DNA from: Candidatus Zixiibacteriota bacterium
Lineage (GTDB): Bacteria; Zixibacteria; MSB-5A5; GN15; JAAZOE01
Assembly (NCBI GenBank): GCA_043819555.1
Contig: JBDREQ010000020.1
Location: forward strand, 22,690-86,689
Direction of reading: 5' to 3'
DNA length: 64,000 nucleotides
Both the position numbers and the translations under genes were made by a program. How positions within the stretch are numbered: the first letter of the stretch is position 1; every line of letters begins with the position of its first letter. Below the pieces are notes generated by a model, which saw only the letters and a list, made by a program, of their open reading frames with translations, had not been told where the DNA came from and did not search any database. This document shows positions 59,191 to 64,000 of the stretch, in pieces.

Positions 59191-60280
59191 CATGTTACAG
59201 GGACAGGAAAAAGTCCGCGACATACTTATAAAAACCGCCAACAACGGTCAATTGCCCAATAGTTATCTATTCTCGGGTCCCGAAGGAGTTGGCAAATGGG
59301 CTGCCGCACTGAGCCTGACAGCTTACCTCAATTGCAATAATCCAGCCTCGGATGATAGCTGCGGTACGTGCCCCTCCTGCAAACAAATTTCAAAATTACA
59401 ACATCCCAATTTATTTATTGCTATTCCGACACCGCCCTCAAAAACAGAAAAAGAAGAACTGGACAATTACTGGGAAATCCTGGGGAATAAAATCGCGGAA
59501 CCATATTCATTAATCACGGGCCAGAGGCAGATGTCAATCCCAGTGACAACGGTTCGCCAAATTAAAAAGAAACTGAATCAAAAAGCCGATTTGAGCGGCA
59601 AACGGGTGATTATAATTGATCAAATGGATCGTATGCTAACCTCTTCCGCCGATGCTCTCTTAAAACTTGTGGAAGAACCTCCGCGCGATACCTTGATTAT
59701 TATTACCAGTTCAAATCCTGAGAAACTCCTCGATACTATTGTATCGCGATGCAGAGTGATTTCGTTTCCCCGATTATCTGAAGATGTTATTTCCTCTTAT
59801 CTTATTGAAAAGGAAATTGCCGTCGATAAAAAGGCATATCTTCTCGCAAGGTTATCGCAGGGTTCTATCGGTCGCGCCCTGTATCTTTCAGAAGACGATA
59901 TTACTCAGGACAGGGAAATCGCCAAGCTAATTTTCAAAGGGATATTTCTTGGCCCGGCGATTAACGTGATCACCGAAGCGGGAGATTTACTCCCGTACCG
60001 GGATCGATTTCGCATTACACGAATTCTCGGTTTTTGGCAATCGTTATACAGGGATTTAATCCTGATTAAAAACGGATATGATAAAGAAAAACTAATCAAT
60101 ATCGATTATGCCGCCGAACTCGAACGCCTCGCGGCCAGGAATATAGCCGGTGAACCTTTACTAAAAATCCCATCTTATCTGGGCGAAGTTATACATGATA
60201 TCGAACTCAATGTTGATACCCAAACCGCGATCGCGGCTCTATTGATTGAAATTCAAAACCGATTGAATTTGCAGATTTAA
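59180..60280 (+). CDS. holB: DNA polymerase III delta' subunit
   Basis: YLFSGPEGVGK, C..SCG.C.SC....HP, ALLKLVEEPP and TIVSRC motifs. Confidence 0.92.
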   Translation: MNFSMLQGQEKVRDILIKTANNGQLPNSYLFSGPEGVGKWAAALSLTAYLNCNNPASDDSCGTCPSCKQISKLQHPNLFIAIPTPPSKTEKEELDNYWEILGNKIAEPYSLITGQRQMSIPVTTVRQIKKKLNQKADLSGKRVIIIDQMDRMLTSSADALLKLVEEPPRDTLIIITSSNPEKLLDTIVSRCRVISFPRLSEDVISSYLIEKEIAVDKKAYLLARLSQGSIGRALYLSEDDITQDREIAKLIFKGIFLGPAINVITEAGDLLPYRDRFRITRILGFWQSLYRDLILIKNGYDKEKLINIDYAAELERLAARNIAGEPLLKIPSYLGEVIHDIELNVDTQTAIAALLIEIQNRLNLQI

Positions 60281-60290
60281 TAAAATCATC

Positions 60291-60320
60291 AAAAAAACCC
60301 GCCGCTGAGAGCGGGTCTTT
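60291..60320. terminator. Bidirectional terminator between convergent genes
   Basis: AAAAAAACCCGC-CGCTGAGA-GCGGGTCTTT. Confidence 0.65.
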
Positions 60321-60326
60321 CGAAGA

Positions 60327-63260
60327 TTATTCACTACCAGTGTCAGGAGGTACGATTTGAACCGGAGGCGCAGTTGGAGTGGTCTGAGGCGGAGGGGCAA
60401 GTCGCTGCTGCTGCATCATGGACTGAACTCTTCGTAAGATATCATTTGCGACGGCATCATCATCATGATATTGTTTGTATTCCCTGGCTAATCTGACTAA
60501 ATCACCGGTACGCTCTTGTTCGAAATAAAGAGTAAGTAAAGCGCGGAAAGTCTGTTCTTTGTCACGGTTCATTTCCCAGGCGGTATTCAGATATTCCTCT
60601 GGTTTATCATTCTCTCCTAAAGTTAGATACATCATCCCCAAGTATTGATAGAAGAAAACATTGTCCGGATTCATATTAAGAAATCCATGCAAATACTGTT
60701 TCATTTCTATTTCAATTTCCATAGCCCGTAGAGTATCGCCTTTTTCTCGAGCACGTTGAGCTTGAGTCATGCGCGAACGCCAATAAGAAGGAATCGCTTC
60801 ACATATTTTTTCCAGTACTGAGTCGGCTTTTTCAATCTTGCCTTTTTCCATAAGATATGAATGATAATCGAGCATTTTTTCCGGGAAAGCCAATGAAATA
60901 CCGGATGTGTTTTCGCTCTGAGCAATTAATGTATCGCTGAGATTGTCATACTTATAGACTTCAAAAAACAGGCTGTCGGTAATATCTTCCCGATAAGCCA
61001 GATTGGTTTCATCGGCTGATAATGTCAAAATGATGCCGTCGCGGTATAATCTATCCATCAACTTCAGCGGTGTATTTCTGACTTCACCCGCCGCGGAAGT
61101 AAAGTGAATCGGATATTTCCAGCGATTAGTCAGAATAATATCTTCAAGCATTATTTGCGCGACCTTAAGAGTACTTTCTTCATAATATGTCGGCACTAAT
61201 AGCGCGCTCCGTTTCCGCACCCGGTCATAAAACGGCTTTTTAGGCCGTGTTATTTCCTGGCCATTGGGAGCGATATCTACTTCCCAAAGAATCTGGTCGT
61301 CTTTTAATGAAATCGGAACATCGGGAAGGATTCCGATATCAACCGGTTCAACTTCCTGGCCTTCAAGCATAATCTTTCCGTCTTTCCAGGGGATGGCGGC
61401 CGGGTCATAGCCGGCATTTATGGCCGAATGAGTATCAAGATGTTTCATCTGCCAGATATACCAGTCAGTATTAAGAAGCGAGAAATTTATAACCCTGACG
61501 TCTTTGCGAATACCGTAAATTTCCTGAATGCACCAGACAGGAAAAGTATCATTATCGCCGGAAGTAAACAAAATGGCGTTTTTCTCACATGAGTTCAAAA
61601 TATTCCAGGCATAATTATAAGCCATCCGATTTTTGGATCTGTCATTGTAAAAAAAGCTCGCCTGGGCCGGTATAATTGGCGTTAAAACCAAAACTAATGA
61701 GGCATAAACAGCCATCTTGCTCGTTCTCTCGCTCATTTCGGCAGTTGCTTTTCTAATCAACTCCATAATTCCGGCCATACCCAGCCCAATCGCAATGCCA
61801 AACAGAACAAACGCCGGAGTAAAGAAATAATATCTGTCGCGAACCTCCTGATATGCGTCACCGGTGTATTTATTATAATGCGTCCCGTCGGCAAAATTCA
61901 TGTACAAGACTAACCCCACCGAACCAACCAGTATAAGGGTGATAAAAATATACCCCCACTTAGGATATTTATAGGCCATCATTCCCAGGCCAAATATCCC
62001 AATCGCGAGAAACACCGGAAATAATTTTTCATTGGAATATTGCTCTTTGAAAAAACGCAGAAAACCCATCCGGGCGTGATCCCCAAACTGATTAGCCATT
62101 TCTCCCCGACGTACAAACATTCTTTCAGTCATAGAAGTGGAGCCGTACTGCTTGCGGTCGAGGAAATTAACGAACGTCCGAAAATCTCGGGAAGGGGTGT
62201 TTTCATCAATAATCGGGTGCGTATTCGAACGGATTGGTATATAAACATGAACCGAATAACCGATAATCGCGCATAATATTATTAAGAACGACAAACGCCA
62301 CAATTTGTCTCTTTTAACGAACCAGATGACAAAACTGATAATGAACCAGCCCAGAACCGAGAACATAAACGGATAAAAACCCATCATAATTGGCGAAATA
62401 GCCCCAAAAGCCAGGAAAATCGGCCAATTAACTTTATGCCTCATATATATCGCCAAACCGACAAATTGAAGCCCCGCTAAAACCAAAAATATTTTATATC
62501 TTGATGCCCCAATGCTTTCATTGAGAGTAGGGATTGATTTGTCGGCCAATAAAATAATCAGAATCAACTGAATGATAAAAAATCCGGAAATTAGAGCCCA
62601 GTCGATTTTTGTCGCCGTTCTTTTGAGGCCAAACATAATCGTCACAATCGGAACAATCAAAAATACCGTCAGGTGAATCCCCAAAGAAATGGTCGCCAGA
62701 AAAGCTGTCAAAAGAATAATCCTCTGCCCGGTATTATTAAAACGATGGTTATACCATTTAAGACTCAGCCATAACATAGCCAGCATTATAAGTATTGCCA
62801 TGCTGCGCGGTTCGGTTTCCACCGAATTGGTCCAGTTTGCTCGGCTAAACGCTACAAACAGTGAACCGATAAAACCCGAAGCATATGCAATAATTCGCCC
62901 GATTTTATAATTGTCGGAATTGATATACCAGCTCGAAACCAGGCGAACTATAATCAGGTAAGCGAATAGAGCCGAAAAAGTCGAGGACATGACCGACATC
63001 ATATTAATTCGGAAGGCTACGTCCGAAGCAATGGGCAACAGGTCAAAAAATCGCCCCACCAGCATAAACAGGGGCGTGCCCGGCGGATGCGGATTGCCCA
63101 TAATATGCGAACTGGCGATAAATTCACCGCAATCCCAATAACTCAAAGTTTGTGCCACTGTCAAACGATAGATTATAAATGCAATGATTGTGGCAATCAC
63201 CCCAATTACGGCGTTGATTTTATCGAATTTTTTCTCCTGACCAAACAACGATGGCTCCAC
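60327..63260 (-). CDS. DUF2723 family (TMEM260-like) membrane glycosyltransferase with C-terminal TPR-like region
   Basis: YWDCGEF, PHPPG.PL, R.QYG, EVRDRYYFF, GDNDTFP.W..QE and N.SLL.TDWYI motifs; GGAGG RBS with GTG start. Confidence 0.85.
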   Translation of the reverse strand: MEPSLFGQEKKFDKINAVIGVIATIIAFIIYRLTVAQTLSYWDCGEFIASSHIMGNPHPPGTPLFMLVGRFFDLLPIASDVAFRINMMSVMSSTFSALFAYLIIVRLVSSWYINSDNYKIGRIIAYASGFIGSLFVAFSRANWTNSVETEPRSMAILIMLAMLWLSLKWYNHRFNNTGQRIILLTAFLATISLGIHLTVFLIVPIVTIMFGLKRTATKIDWALISGFFIIQLILIILLADKSIPTLNESIGASRYKIFLVLAGLQFVGLAIYMRHKVNWPIFLAFGAISPIMMGFYPFMFSVLGWFIISFVIWFVKRDKLWRLSFLIILCAIIGYSVHVYIPIRSNTHPIIDENTPSRDFRTFVNFLDRKQYGSTSMTERMFVRRGEMANQFGDHARMGFLRFFKEQYSNEKLFPVFLAIGIFGLGMMAYKYPKWGYIFITLILVGSVGLVLYMNFADGTHYNKYTGDAYQEVRDRYYFFTPAFVLFGIAIGLGMAGIMELIRKATAEMSERTSKMAVYASLVLVLTPIIPAQASFFYNDRSKNRMAYNYAWNILNSCEKNAILFTSGDNDTFPVWCIQEIYGIRKDVRVINFSLLNTDWYIWQMKHLDTHSAINAGYDPAAIPWKDGKIMLEGQEVEPVDIGILPDVPISLKDDQILWEVDIAPNGQEITRPKKPFYDRVRKRSALLVPTYYEESTLKVAQIMLEDIILTNRWKYPIHFTSAAGEVRNTPLKLMDRLYRDGIILTLSADETNLAYREDITDSLFFEVYKYDNLSDTLIAQSENTSGISLAFPEKMLDYHSYLMEKGKIEKADSVLEKICEAIPSYWRSRMTQAQRAREKGDTLRAMEIEIEMKQYLHGFLNMNPDNVFFYQYLGMMYLTLGENDKPEEYLNTAWEMNRDKEQTFRALLTLYFEQERTGDLVRLAREYKQYHDDDAVANDILRRVQSMMQQQRLAPPPQTTPTAPPVQIVPPDTGSE

Positions 63261-63417
63261 TCTGGCCTCCTAAAGATAATTTTCAAACCCGTCGATAATA
63301 ATTATACAGATAAAGCCGGCGATTTCTTCACCAGCAAGACCACAATATACGATTTCGCCGGTTAGACACAAGGAAATTTAGGTTAGATGTAATTTAAATA
63401 ATTTTGCGATTTGGAGG

Positions 63418-63672
63418 ATGCTCATGCTATTATGGAGCGCAATATTGTTTCTTCTGGGAGTCACCGCCTTTTTGGATGCCCTTTTTAATTATGGCGAAAT
63501 ATTCCGTCAAATAAATTCGGTGTTGTTTCTCCTGGTTTCTTTGGCAATTTTGATCCGGACCACGACTAAAAAGAAACTGGCCAAAATGGAACATTATGCC
63601 CAAAAAGTGGAAGATCTTGAACAAAGAATCACAAATTTGACCCGCCCTAAAGATACTTCTGTCTTCAAATAA
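63418..63672 (+). CDS. Small two-TM hypothetical protein with a coiled-coil tail
   Basis: GGAGG RBS; two hydrophobic segments; converges on a hairpin. Confidence 0.6.
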   Translation: MLMLLWSAILFLLGVTAFLDALFNYGEIFRQINSVLFLLVSLAILIRTTTKKKLAKMEHYAQKVEDLEQRITNLTRPKDTSVFK

Positions 63673-63685
63673 GAATTTTATGACA

Positions 63686-63710
63686 GCAACTTTTTTCAAT
63701 AAAAAGTTGC
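63686..63710. terminator. Hairpin between convergent genes
   Basis: GCAACTTTTT-TCAAT-AAAAAGTTGC. Confidence 0.5.
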
Positions 63711-64000
63711 CTAAATTTCGTTGTCTCCTTCGGATTCACTCCGGAGGAGATCTCTGATTGGGGCGCTAAAAGGATAATTTGAATGATCCCGCAATAAGCC
63801 TCTATAAATCTCCAGAGCTTTATCTCGGCGCTCCGGATTTTCAAAATATATATCTGCCTTAAGTTTTAAACCATAAGGCAGGAAATACGATTCCGGGTAC
63901 TGGATCTGCAGACTATCAATGGTATTAATCGCGGCTTCTGCTTGATTTTGCCCAAAATATAAATTTGCAAGATTTAGGTACGATACCGGCGAAAGAGCGG
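63711..64000 (-). CDS. C-terminal fragment of a TPR protein (start beyond window)
   Basis: Manual translation ...SYLNLANLYFGQNQAEAAINTIDSLQIQYPESYFLPYGLKLKADIYFE...KALEIYRGLLRDHSNYPF...EI*. Confidence 0.7.
   Translation of the reverse strand, partial: ALSPVSYLNLANLYFGQNQAEAAINTIDSLQIQYPESYFLPYGLKLKADIYFENPERRDKALEIYRGLLRDHSNYPFSAPIRDLLRSESEGDNEI

Overview
A 64-kb bacterial chromosomal window with no CRISPR array, rRNA or recognisable mobile element. The dockerin style, the 'QNYPNPFNP' C-terminal domains and the long SecA insertion suggest an FCB-related lineage, most likely candidate phylum Zixibacteria (inference). Core content: trpEGDCFB, a GldA/F/G-like ABC module, an M16B peptidase pair, MacAB-like genes, pilT, tRNA-Gln(CTG), secA, rsgA, mlaD, a GH57 enzyme, yajC-def-fmt-rng and ftsEX-envC-holB. 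Three things stand out. (1) The trp leader holds two complete ribosome-mediated attenuators in tandem, each with its own WWW leader peptide, antiterminator and terminator; the two differ by compensatory base changes, and both peptides are missing from the ORF track. (2) A cellulosome-like but non-cellulolytic cohesin-dockerin system is present: a 1266-aa multi-cohesin scaffold, a small cohesin protein and three secreted proteins with closely similar 63-aa dockerins (an M43 protease, a cohesin+FG-GAP adaptor and an Ig-repeat protein). (3) The Ig-repeat dockerin gene is split by a one-base frameshift that hides a C-terminal HExxH domain, followed by a secreted HEAT-repeat gene in a toxin/immunity-like layout. 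A motif-dead FtsE and a multi-pseudodomain MshEN/REC/HD/DUF4388 protein next to a divergent PilT are also notable. All domain calls were made by eye, with no HMM searches or RNA folding run.
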